Of a DNA stretch of 36,458 bases, positions 1-8,600 are shown in pieces. Under the pieces are notes generated by a model, which saw nothing but the letters and a program-made list of their open reading frames with translations, had not been told where the DNA came from and did not search any database. Each line of letters starts with the position of its first letter. Position 1 is the stretch's first letter. The stretch spans positions 1 to 36,458 of IMG/VR virus record IMGVR_UViG_3300027672_000033, one strand, 5' to 3'. The stretch comes from a virus (Duplodnaviria; Caudoviricetes). The position numbers and the translations under genes were made by a program.

Positions 1-2
1 GG

Positions 3-611
3 GTATGGGGATATCCATACGGAAACGGAATAGGATGGTCTTACGGCTGGAGTAATAATGGCTGGTCAAATGGATTCTGGGGAAACTCTTATGGATGGAA
101 CGGATATAATAACTGGGGGTATGGAAATAGTTGGTATGATCCCTATAATAGACGTGGATACCCTGCTAACTCTTGGAATAATCGAACTAATTATAATAAT
201 AGGAGAAATGTAGCTAGAATGACCGGTAGAAGAGGAGCAGCAATAACAGGCACTACAGGAAATACCCTAGTTAACCTTACTCCAGTTTCAGAAACCAGAG
301 TAGATAAGATTACTAGAGAACTTAGAAATAAAGATATAAAAGTAAGAGTAATAAATAACCCGATTAACAATGATCAAATTAACAGACTTAATATTAGAAG
401 AAACATCGTCCCGACCCAAATTAATAGTAATGGCGGGAGGAGCAGGAGCAGGGAAATCACACCTATTATCCCAGTTAGGACTACAGTCCCTACCACTCGT
501 CAACCCAGACAAATACGTAGAGGACCAGGATCATCCAGCGTACAACAACCTGTCAGCCGCAACAGCAGCAGCCAATCGAGAAGCAGCAGCACTAGCAGAC
601 GGAAAAACTAG
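3..611 (+). CDS. 5'-truncated low-complexity protein (G/W/Y/N-rich segment then R/S/N-rich tail), resembling Bacteroidota-type lipoproteins
   Basis: The frame of ORF 219..611 is open back to position 3 (VWGYPYGNGIGWSYGWSNNGWSNGFWGNSYGWNGYNNWGYGNSWYDPYNRR...) and ends SRNSSSQSRSSSTSRRKN-TAG. The true start lies upstream of the window. Confidence 0.7.
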   Translation, partial: VWGYPYGNGIGWSYGWSNNGWSNGFWGNSYGWNGYNNWGYGNSWYDPYNRRGYPANSWNNRTNYNNRRNVARMTGRRGAAITGTTGNTLVNLTPVSETRVDKITRELRNKDIKVRVINNPINNDQINRLNIRRNIVPTQINSNGGRSRSREITPIIPVRTTVPTTRQPRQIRRGPGSSSVQQPVSRNSSSQSRSSSTSRRKN

Positions 612-1302
612 TTTCGTATGGGATACTACAGCTTCTAACCCTAAGAAGGTAAAAGAGCTCCAAGACATGGGGTATGATATCTATATGGTAATGGTGTATG
701 CTCATCCTATGATTGCATACGTATCTAATTTCTCTAGAAAGCGAAGTACTCCTTCATCAGCAGTCTTTTCAACTTGGCGTAATGTTTATCAACTCATCGG
801 GGAGTACGATAAAATGTTAAATGGTCAACTTGCAATCTATGTTAATGACAGAGGTAATCAATTTAAAAAAGAAATAGAGTCTTTTGACTTAGCAGCAAGA
901 TCAGGAGTAGATGGAGTTAGGGATTATTTACAGAAGTATAATACAGAACATGAAGTTGGAGGATCATCATTCTTTAAACCAGTAGAATGGAACGAAGAAG
1001 AAGAGAATGAATTTAATACCGCTGCAACTGGAATAGATTGGGACACATCTAATCGCTCAGAGGATAAAGCCATTAAACAAGCTTTCCTTAAAGCATATAG
1101 AAAAAACGGAGTAGGTCCAGGTGCAGATAAACTTAAACTAGCAGTAACTAAATACAGAGATCAAAAAGTTAATAATAGAAATAAGGCTGATGACGTACTT
1201 GCAAATATTGCAGATATGTTATATAGCCCTAAGTTTCAAGAAAAACTAGAGCATTCTACTCCAAAAGAAGTAGATGCAAAATTACAAGCATTTTTAGCAT
1301 GA
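370..1302 (+). CDS. P-loop kinase (zeta-toxin/AAA_33/polynucleotide-kinase-like)
   Basis: Walker A LIVMAGGAGAGKS, VNPD, FVWDTT, lid-like SRKRS; N-terminal leader MIKLTDLILEE. Confidence 0.8.
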   Translation: MIKLTDLILEETSSRPKLIVMAGGAGAGKSHLLSQLGLQSLPLVNPDKYVEDQDHPAYNNLSAATAAANREAAALADGKTSFVWDTTASNPKKVKELQDMGYDIYMVMVYAHPMIAYVSNFSRKRSTPSSAVFSTWRNVYQLIGEYDKMLNGQLAIYVNDRGNQFKKEIESFDLAARSGVDGVRDYLQKYNTEHEVGGSSFFKPVEWNEEEENEFNTAATGIDWDTSNRSEDKAIKQAFLKAYRKNGVGPGADKLKLAVTKYRDQKVNNRNKADDVLANIADMLYSPKFQEKLEHSTPKEVDAKLQAFLA

Positions 1303-3449
1303 TAGCATTATATCCAGGAGCATTTAAACCTCCACATAGAGGACATTTTAACGTCATTAAGTCTTTACTTGATGGAACGTATAATGGTTCTATATACGAT
1401 AAGGATAACTATAAAGAAAAAGGTGCAGCTTTACTTGGTGGCTCTACAGATAAAAAACCTTCTATTAACAAGGTGATAGTATTTGTAGGAGGCGGTGAGA
1501 GGAACGGTATAACAAAGGAAGAGTCGATGTCTATTTGGAATATTTACGCTAAACATTTAGGTAATATTGAAATATTAGACGGACAAAAGAATCCGATGTT
1601 TGCTGCTAAGGAATATGCACAAGCTAACCCTAAACAGGAGATGGTAGCTGTAACAGGAATAAGAGGTGAAAAAGATTATGTAGATTTAAGAAGGGTAACT
1701 ACTTTTAAAAATGCTCCAAACGTTCAAGGATTAGCTTTGGCAGCAGCTGCAGGATCAGGATTTAGAGCATCAGACTTTAGAGATAAAATATTATCAGGAA
1801 ACTTAGATCAAATTACGGATTACTTTCCTGAAGCTCTATCAAGCGAGGAAATTTTAAGTATATTAACAGATCTTAAAGATAAAATAGTTGCTGAAATCTT
1901 AGCAGGTAATATAGAAGGGTTTTTAACAGAGTACTTTGGAGTAAGTGAAGAGATAGAAACAACCAAAGAAGATAGACCCGAGTATACAGAACAAATAGGC
2001 TCTATATTAGAGTATATGTTAGATAAGAAAATGAATATACTACCCTTACCGGAAGTAAAGGTTAGGTATGATGATGAAAACGCAGAAAACTTCTTCGGTA
2101 AAACTGCCTACTATGATCCGAACTCTAAAGAAATAGTATTATATGCCACAGGAAGACATGCTAAAGATATATGTAGATCTTTCACACATGAAATGGTACA
2201 CCATATTCAGAACCTAGAGGGAAGATTAAACAATGTACAGACACAAAATACTAATGACGACAAAGCTTTATTAGCTCTAGAAGCAGAAGCTTACTTAACC
2301 GGTAATCTTACATTCAGAAATTGGGAAGATTCTATTAAAGGTAATAAAGAAGTGTCTGAAGTAATTACAAATAAAATTGTATGTGATAATTGTGGTTGGA
2401 GCTGGAATAAAGAAGACGGAGGAGATGATTTATACATCTGTCATAAATGTAATAACGATAACACACCTCCTGCTTTAGAAAATTTTAAAGACGGTAAAGT
2501 AAAAGGTAAAAGCAAACCAGGTAGAGTAAAGAAATCAGGAGCTAGTTGCAAAGGTTCTAAATCAGAACTTAGAGCCAAAGCAAAGAAGTACGGAGGAGAA
2601 AAAGGTAAAATGTATCATTGGTGTGCTAACATGAAAGAGGAAGTTATGGCAGAAGGCAAATATGATAGTATAGTCACCTACTTAACCGGTAGGAGTATTG
2701 AAGCGATTAAAAATGCTTTAACAAAGAAATTGCACCATTATAAAGAAGGTCATTTTGGAGATTCTGCTAAAGAAGATTCTTTAATTTCTATGAAAAAAGA
2801 ATTAGCAACTCTCTATCCGATTATGATGGTAGAAGTACCAGAAGATATAACAAAACAGTTTCAAAAAGATTCTGACTTGTCTTTTGATTACGATTTAAAA
2901 GTAATGTTCGTTAAGGGGTTAGACAAGATAATGAGAGATGGTGGAGCATACAAAGGAGGTTTAGGTAAAGACGACTCTTGGGAAGAACCTAAAATTGAAT
3001 TAGAATTTGCAGTTGACCCTTATAATTTTCCTAGAGACTTTGAAGAAATGTCTGCACAGATATCTGACGTATTAAGACACGAAATAGAACACCTTACTCA
3101 AGCTGGAGGAAATGAAAGAGGTAAAGATTTTACTGGAGGAGACTTTAAAGGTACTTTCGGTACCAAAGAAGAAATGCAAGTAAGAACACTTATACAACAG
3201 GGACTAATTGACAACGGGGTTAAATATCTTACCCTACCCTCAGAAATAGATGCTAATATACAAGGAATGTACCTAACAGCTAAGAAGCAAAAGAGACCTT
3301 TTGTTGACGTAGTTGATCAATACTTATATGCTTATACAGAACAATTCGATGCAGACGGTAATCCGTACTTAACGAAAAAAGATGTAGAAGATGTAAAAAG
3401 AGTTTGGTCTTTAAGACTACCTGCTTTAGGTATTAAACAGAAATTATAA
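1299..3449 (+). CDS. Multidomain protein: HxGH (cytidylyltransferase/NMNAT/PPAT-like) nucleotidyltransferase, zincin-like HEXXH domain, Zn ribbon, basic module, second HEXXH domain
   Basis: YPGAFKPPHRGH and RASDFR at the N-terminus; HEMVH (2187-2201) followed by EAEA; CDNC...CHKC (2382-2450); HEIEH (3078-3092) followed by EIDA. ATGA overlap with the kinase gene. Confidence 0.75.
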   Translation: MIALYPGAFKPPHRGHFNVIKSLLDGTYNGSIYDKDNYKEKGAALLGGSTDKKPSINKVIVFVGGGERNGITKEESMSIWNIYAKHLGNIEILDGQKNPMFAAKEYAQANPKQEMVAVTGIRGEKDYVDLRRVTTFKNAPNVQGLALAAAAGSGFRASDFRDKILSGNLDQITDYFPEALSSEEILSILTDLKDKIVAEILAGNIEGFLTEYFGVSEEIETTKEDRPEYTEQIGSILEYMLDKKMNILPLPEVKVRYDDENAENFFGKTAYYDPNSKEIVLYATGRHAKDICRSFTHEMVHHIQNLEGRLNNVQTQNTNDDKALLALEAEAYLTGNLTFRNWEDSIKGNKEVSEVITNKIVCDNCGWSWNKEDGGDDLYICHKCNNDNTPPALENFKDGKVKGKSKPGRVKKSGASCKGSKSELRAKAKKYGGEKGKMYHWCANMKEEVMAEGKYDSIVTYLTGRSIEAIKNALTKKLHHYKEGHFGDSAKEDSLISMKKELATLYPIMMVEVPEDITKQFQKDSDLSFDYDLKVMFVKGLDKIMRDGGAYKGGLGKDDSWEEPKIELEFAVDPYNFPRDFEEMSAQISDVLRHEIEHLTQAGGNERGKDFTGGDFKGTFGTKEEMQVRTLIQQGLIDNGVKYLTLPSEIDANIQGMYLTAKKQKRPFVDVVDQYLYAYTEQFDADGNPYLTKKDVEDVKRVWSLRLPALGIKQKL

Positions 3450-3460
3450 AAAAAGGTTAT

Positions 3461-4006
3461 ATGAAAAAAAGTTTAGTAGATTTATTAGAAGCTTATCCGA
3501 TAGTGGAAAAAAAAGAATTACCACCGTATAAGATATATTGTGATATGGATGGAGTATTAACAGATTTTGAATCGAGATTTGAACATTACTCCGGAATGCA
3601 TCCACAGGCATATGAGAAAGAAAAAGGAACACCAGCATTCTGGGAGTTAATAGATGTTAAAGTTGGAATTGGATTTTGGATAGGAATGGACTTTATGCCT
3701 CAAGGCAAACAGTTATGGGATTTTATTATGCCGTATAAACCTGACTTATTAACTTCTCCTTCAAGACATAACAACTCTAGATTAGGTAAACAGCTATGGG
3801 CTAAGAATAACTTAAGTCCGAAGCCAAAAGTAATAATGGCATACTCTAAAGATAAACAGAGATATGCAAATGAAAATAGTATATTAATTGACGACAAACC
3901 GTCTAATATAAACGAATGGGCATCAAAAGGCGGAATAGCAATTAGATGTAAAAACGGAAACGTTGACCATGTTATAGAAAAACTAAAAGAATTAGGTTAT
4001 GAGTGA
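3461..4006 (+). CDS. HAD-superfamily 5'(3')-deoxyribonucleotidase-like phosphatase (NT5C-like)
   Basis: Motif I IYCDMDGVLTDF, motif II LLTSP, motif IV ILIDD; leader MKKSLVDLLEA. Confidence 0.85.
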   Translation: MKKSLVDLLEAYPIVEKKELPPYKIYCDMDGVLTDFESRFEHYSGMHPQAYEKEKGTPAFWELIDVKVGIGFWIGMDFMPQGKQLWDFIMPYKPDLLTSPSRHNNSRLGKQLWAKNNLSPKPKVIMAYSKDKQRYANENSILIDDKPSNINEWASKGGIAIRCKNGNVDHVIEKLKELGYE

Positions 4007-4580
4007 TAATCACTTAAAGAAAGAATTTAAACATTCAGATGTACAACGAGTAAGGAACATCGTGAATAAGGACTTTACTGCTAAAACAAAAGCACAAGTA
4101 GGCTACCAGAAAGCTCATAGGTCTCATAAAGAAGGAGACAAGTGGGAAGAATCCGGTAAGACCTGGACTATAAAAAACGGACTTAAACAAAACGTTACTA
4201 AACTTGATGCCGCTAAAAAAGCAATGCGTGTACCTTTAGCATGCCCTAAATGCTCCTCTAATATGAATTACCACCTTCATAAGAAGATGTATAAGATTCA
4301 TGGATTTTGTTTCGACTGTACTGTTGACTATGAAGCTACATTACGTAAAGCAGGTTTATATGAAGCTTACGAAAAGAAAATGATGAGTGGAGCTATAGAT
4401 TCTTTTGTAAAGGATTTAAATGCCTGGGTAAATGAATACGTTACAGAAGATTTAAGTAAGTCTTTCGTAACTGAATCAGGGGTAATTGAAGACTGGAACG
4501 GTAATAAAACTTCTCAAAAGGAGGAAGTGCTGAATACATTAAAGGAATTTACAGATATTATAAGTAAGCATCAAGACTAA
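3999..4580 (+). CDS. Hypothetical Zn-binding protein
   Basis: CPKC...CFDC cysteine pairs; normal codon usage; 8-nt overlap with the upstream gene. Confidence 0.7.
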   Translation: MSDNHLKKEFKHSDVQRVRNIVNKDFTAKTKAQVGYQKAHRSHKEGDKWEESGKTWTIKNGLKQNVTKLDAAKKAMRVPLACPKCSSNMNYHLHKKMYKIHGFCFDCTVDYEATLRKAGLYEAYEKKMMSGAIDSFVKDLNAWVNEYVTEDLSKSFVTESGVIEDWNGNKTSQKEEVLNTLKEFTDIISKHQD

Positions 4581-4583
4581 CAC

Positions 4584-4591
4584 TATTTATT
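4584..4591 (+). promoter_or_regulatory. TATTTAT[A/T] putative late promoter
   Basis: TATTTATT in the intergenic gap upstream of ATG 4630; one of ten such intergenic sites. Confidence 0.55.
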
Positions 4592-4629
4592 AGAGAATAG
4601 TAATAGTCAATTACCTCAAAACATTTAAC

Positions 4630-4989
4630 ATGACTCAGAGAGAAGTATTAGAATCGGTATTAGCCGAGTTAACGCATATTAAGACAAATATGCCTAACGG
4701 TGAAATGAAAGTGATTCTTAAAGAAATGAAAGAAATTAAAGAAGACTTCTCTGAAATGAAGTACCTCTTATTGAACCCAGAAGATGGAGTAGTTGTTAAG
4801 ACCAATAAGAATTCAGACTTTAGAATTAATATGCAGGAAGGTCAAAGAGAGTTTAACGATCAGATGGCAGAAGTACAGGAACTAAAAAGATGGAAACAAG
4901 GAGTAAATAAAGCTCTATGGATAATTTTTGGTTCAATAGTAGTGATTGTAATCAGAATACTTATGATGCACTCAGATAAGCTACAATAA
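4630..4989 (+). CDS. Small coiled-coil protein with C-terminal transmembrane helix (holin-like candidate)
   Basis: Hydrophobic ALWIIFGSIVVIVIRILMM near the C-terminus after a charged helical region. The holin role is a guess. Confidence 0.55.
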   Translation: MTQREVLESVLAELTHIKTNMPNGEMKVILKEMKEIKEDFSEMKYLLLNPEDGVVVKTNKNSDFRINMQEGQREFNDQMAEVQELKRWKQGVNKALWIIFGSIVVIVIRILMMHSDKLQ

Positions 4990-5022
4990 AGTATATTAAC
5001 AATATGAAAATAGTTATTAGTA

Positions 5023-5655
5023 ATGAAATTAATCAAGGGTAACCAAGAGTTTGATCCGCAAGGATATTTCCTTGATTGTACTGAGGACCACCAAGTACTA
5101 AGAGACCCAACTAGTGTAGACCTATTTGATCAAAACGGGTACCATTTAACAAAAGCAGAACAAAGCTTCCTAAACTATAACGGATACGATAAGGTTGAAA
5201 GAAGACACGAAGATTGTCTTAGACATTCTTGGTTTACTGCAACTGAAGAGACCAATGTTCATATTAATCATTCCGACTTATTTGAAAGAAAGGGGTTTAG
5301 AAGCAATGCTTTAGAACAGATAGAGGTATTTGCTGTTAAAAACCCTAAACTCTATAAGCTATATTATATGAAACCAAAATGGGGAATAGATATATCTATA
5401 GATTATTGCGATAAGGATAAAGCCTATGAGCTTTTCCACTATGAATACGATAGCTTTACTTATGAAGAAGTACAGCAGAAAAAGTTGGAGATTGAAGAAT
5501 TAGTTCTTAGATTAGACTGGAATGAAGTAGCAGTAGATTTCTGGGAGTTAAGACGGTATTGGGGACCTTTAGACTTTTTCTCTCAAAGTAAATGGAGAAC
5601 AGATTATTTCGGCATAGAGCCTGAACGCTTCAAAAACGTTATTTGGGATAATTAA
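5023..5655 (+). CDS. Hypothetical protein
   Basis: 210-aa ORF with globular composition (DLFDQNGY, HINHSDLFERKGF, KPKWGIDISIDY); no motif I can name. Confidence 0.7.
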   Translation: MKLIKGNQEFDPQGYFLDCTEDHQVLRDPTSVDLFDQNGYHLTKAEQSFLNYNGYDKVERRHEDCLRHSWFTATEETNVHINHSDLFERKGFRSNALEQIEVFAVKNPKLYKLYYMKPKWGIDISIDYCDKDKAYELFHYEYDSFTYEEVQQKKLEIEELVLRLDWNEVAVDFWELRRYWGPLDFFSQSKWRTDYFGIEPERFKNVIWDN

Positions 5656-5657
5656 AC

Positions 5658-5665
5658 TATTTATT
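5658..5665 (+). promoter_or_regulatory. TATTTAT[A/T] putative late promoter
   Basis: TATTTATT upstream of ATG 5696. Confidence 0.55.
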
Positions 5666-5695
5666 TAAAGACGTATATAATAAAAATACTTACAA

Positions 5696-8600
5696 ATGAC
5701 TTACAAGGAGATAAAAGACCGATTAACGAAGTGTGAATCTACACTTACTAGTTTAAAGGCACAGACTATACAGACAAAAGCAGTTGAGAATCAAATCAAA
5801 ACACTAGCTCTTGTAAAAGAGTCTCTCCATAATAAATTAACTCTATTAGAAGGTAAAGCTAAAACATACTTAGTAACCCCTAAACAAGGTGAAACAACTG
5901 CAGTTTCTTTAGGTGATGATGACATAGATGCATTAAAGGATGCTGATGACGTAAAAACAATTAAAGGAGTAGACGGAGAAGAGATAAAAGAAGAAGTAGG
6001 TGACTTTACTGTTGACCAAACAAAGGCAATTGCAAAACAAGTAGGCGCAGCAGTAGCAAAGGCTTTAAAGATAGGTGGAGAAGAAGTAGCCTCTATGAAG
6101 GGTAAGAACATAGAAGAAAATTCTTTTGATATATACGTTCAATATAAGAATAACTCAGACGATGCATTCTCTTTCCACATAGAAAAAGATAAATTAATAT
6201 TAGCAGACTTTACTTTCTCAAAAGAAATGGGAGAAGTAGGTATAAAACCATCAGGTGAAGCTATAGTAATGGTAGACGTAATTGCAGATAATTTAAATAC
6301 TCATTTTAAATCTCTCAATACAGTAGGAGAGCAATTTGGAGATAACCAGAAAGGGAGTTATGCTAATAAGCAAATTAAAAATAACTTAGAGAGAAGAAAA
6401 GCAAATACAGATGATTCAGATGTTATAGCTAAAATAGACTTAGCATTGAGCAAATTAAATGAAATAGACAGACTTAATATTAGCAAGTCTTTTTTTATAG
6501 AGGTATCAATTAGAACTGCAAGAAAAGCTTTAATGGTATTAGATGATATGTTTAGAGGTCAATTTGAAACAGAAGGATCTAATTATTATACATTTGCTAA
6601 TGAACAAGACGGGTATGATGCAGGAATAGAAATGGCTTCCCAAGGAATTGAGTTAGAAGATACTAATATAGAAGGGTTAGAAGAAGATGCTGTATTTGAC
6701 GGAGACGATGAAGCAGCAGAAACAGACTATATGGCACGTCGTAGAGCAACAGACGACTATAAAGAAGGCCCTGTTAGAGAAGGTCCTTATCAAACCACAT
6801 ATGTTAAAGTTGGTCAGAGAGATTATAAAAAAGCAATGGCTATATTAGACGGTAATATAGACCCAACTTACGCTACGATGGACATTGTAGATGATGATGG
6901 AGATGGTAACGTAATTATCTACTTTAACTTTAGAGCTAAAGATGACGGAGAACCAGGTGAAGATGTAGGAGAGTTTATATACGACTTGTCCATGGATTTA
7001 GAAGCTAATGGTATTACTGTTACAGGTAAAAGCCACGATGTAGATGAAGCAGTAGATTTAAATGATCCAGTTCTTATGAAACTTAGAGCACAGAGATCAG
7101 CTAAGAATAATAAGACTAATAGAGAAGCTGGTATCTCTCCTAAGAAAAAAGCTATACTAGATAAACTTATAAGTAAAAGAGCTCAAGTGATGAGAGATAT
7201 GGAGCAAGAGGCAGAACCAGAAGGAGGACCTATTGCAGACAAGTACGGGAGCATACTTAATAAAATTGATTTAGCAATCGCTAAAGCTTCAGGTAGAAAG
7301 CAAATGAGCTATGACGATGCTATAAAAGAAGACGATTCTATTAATAATGAAGATACAGATGTAGGACATCAAGACGATGAACCTAGTATGTTAAAATCTT
7401 CTGCTATGGAAACAGCAGAATATGCTGCTAAACTATATAAAAAATTAAACAAGTACGACCAACATGATGGTGAAGTAGACTTTCCACATTGGTGGCAAAA
7501 GAAACTTGTCTTAGCTAGAGAGTATATATCAGCAGCTTACCATTATTTAGACTCTGAAGAAAAACAACCTGCTATAGATCAATTAGCTTTAGAAAATACT
7601 GTTAAAGAGCAAAGCTGTAAAGTAGGAGATACACTTACTAAAGACGGTAGAAAAGGAAAGGTAATTAAGCATTCTGAAACACAAGCTACTGTAGACTTTG
7701 GAAACGGAGATGTATACGGAATAGCCCATAGTAGAATTAAAAACGGCAAAATATTAAATGAAGGACGAGGTGATATGGAGTCTATCATTAACCTTATTAG
7801 AGACAAAGCCGGCGAATCAGGATTTACTGAACAAGAAGAGGCTATGGAAGTTATGGAAGCTATCGGAGAGCATTACGAGATAAGCTTTGAATTCGGTAGA
7901 CTAGGAGCAGACTTAGAAGAAGGACAGGGTAATGAAAAAGCAATTAAAGGTCAAGAGTTAGTTGACTATATAATGAGTAACTGGAATTGGTCTGAAGAAA
8001 AAACACTTCATTGGTTAGGAGACAACTTCGGTAAAAACAAAAAACCTGAACCACCTAAAGAACAAGATCAAGGATATATAGACTACTTAAGAAGAAGTGG
8101 TAGAAATGAGTATGCAGATGAACTAGTAGCTCGTAGCTCAGGTAAACTAAAAGAAACTGAACATCAAGGTTCAAATTACAAATGGCCGATGTCTGCAGCT
8201 ACTAAGGCCAGAAAAGATGCAGACGTAGCAGCTCAAAAAGCTAAAAGAAAAGCTGATAAGTTTGCCGGTGAAGATCCAAAAGCAGGGTCTACCATCAAAG
8301 GTACAGGATTCAATGCACCTAGAGTAAAAAAGAAAAAAGGCGTAGAAGAAAAGAAACGACCAGGTCTTTGGGCTAATATAAATGCTAAGAAAAAAAGAGG
8401 TGCGAAAGCTTCTCATGGCAATTCTAATGCTCATAAAGATGCAGTAGCAGCAGGTAATGCTATGAAGAAGGAAGCAGACATCAGTAAGATGCCTCATAAA
8501 CTCTTAAAAGAGTATGGGAGTAATGATATAGATGAGCTTACAGGAGCAATCGGGTACAGACACTTAGATCACTTCTTTGAGGATAATCCTGGTGCAACAC

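Noticed and set aside
219-611. ORF track start at 219
   Set aside because: The frame is open to the window edge with coherent composition, so Met 219 is internal.
370-1302. Zeta toxin of a toxin-antitoxin pair
   Set aside because: No small upstream antitoxin is evident; the context fits a kinase in an enzyme cluster.
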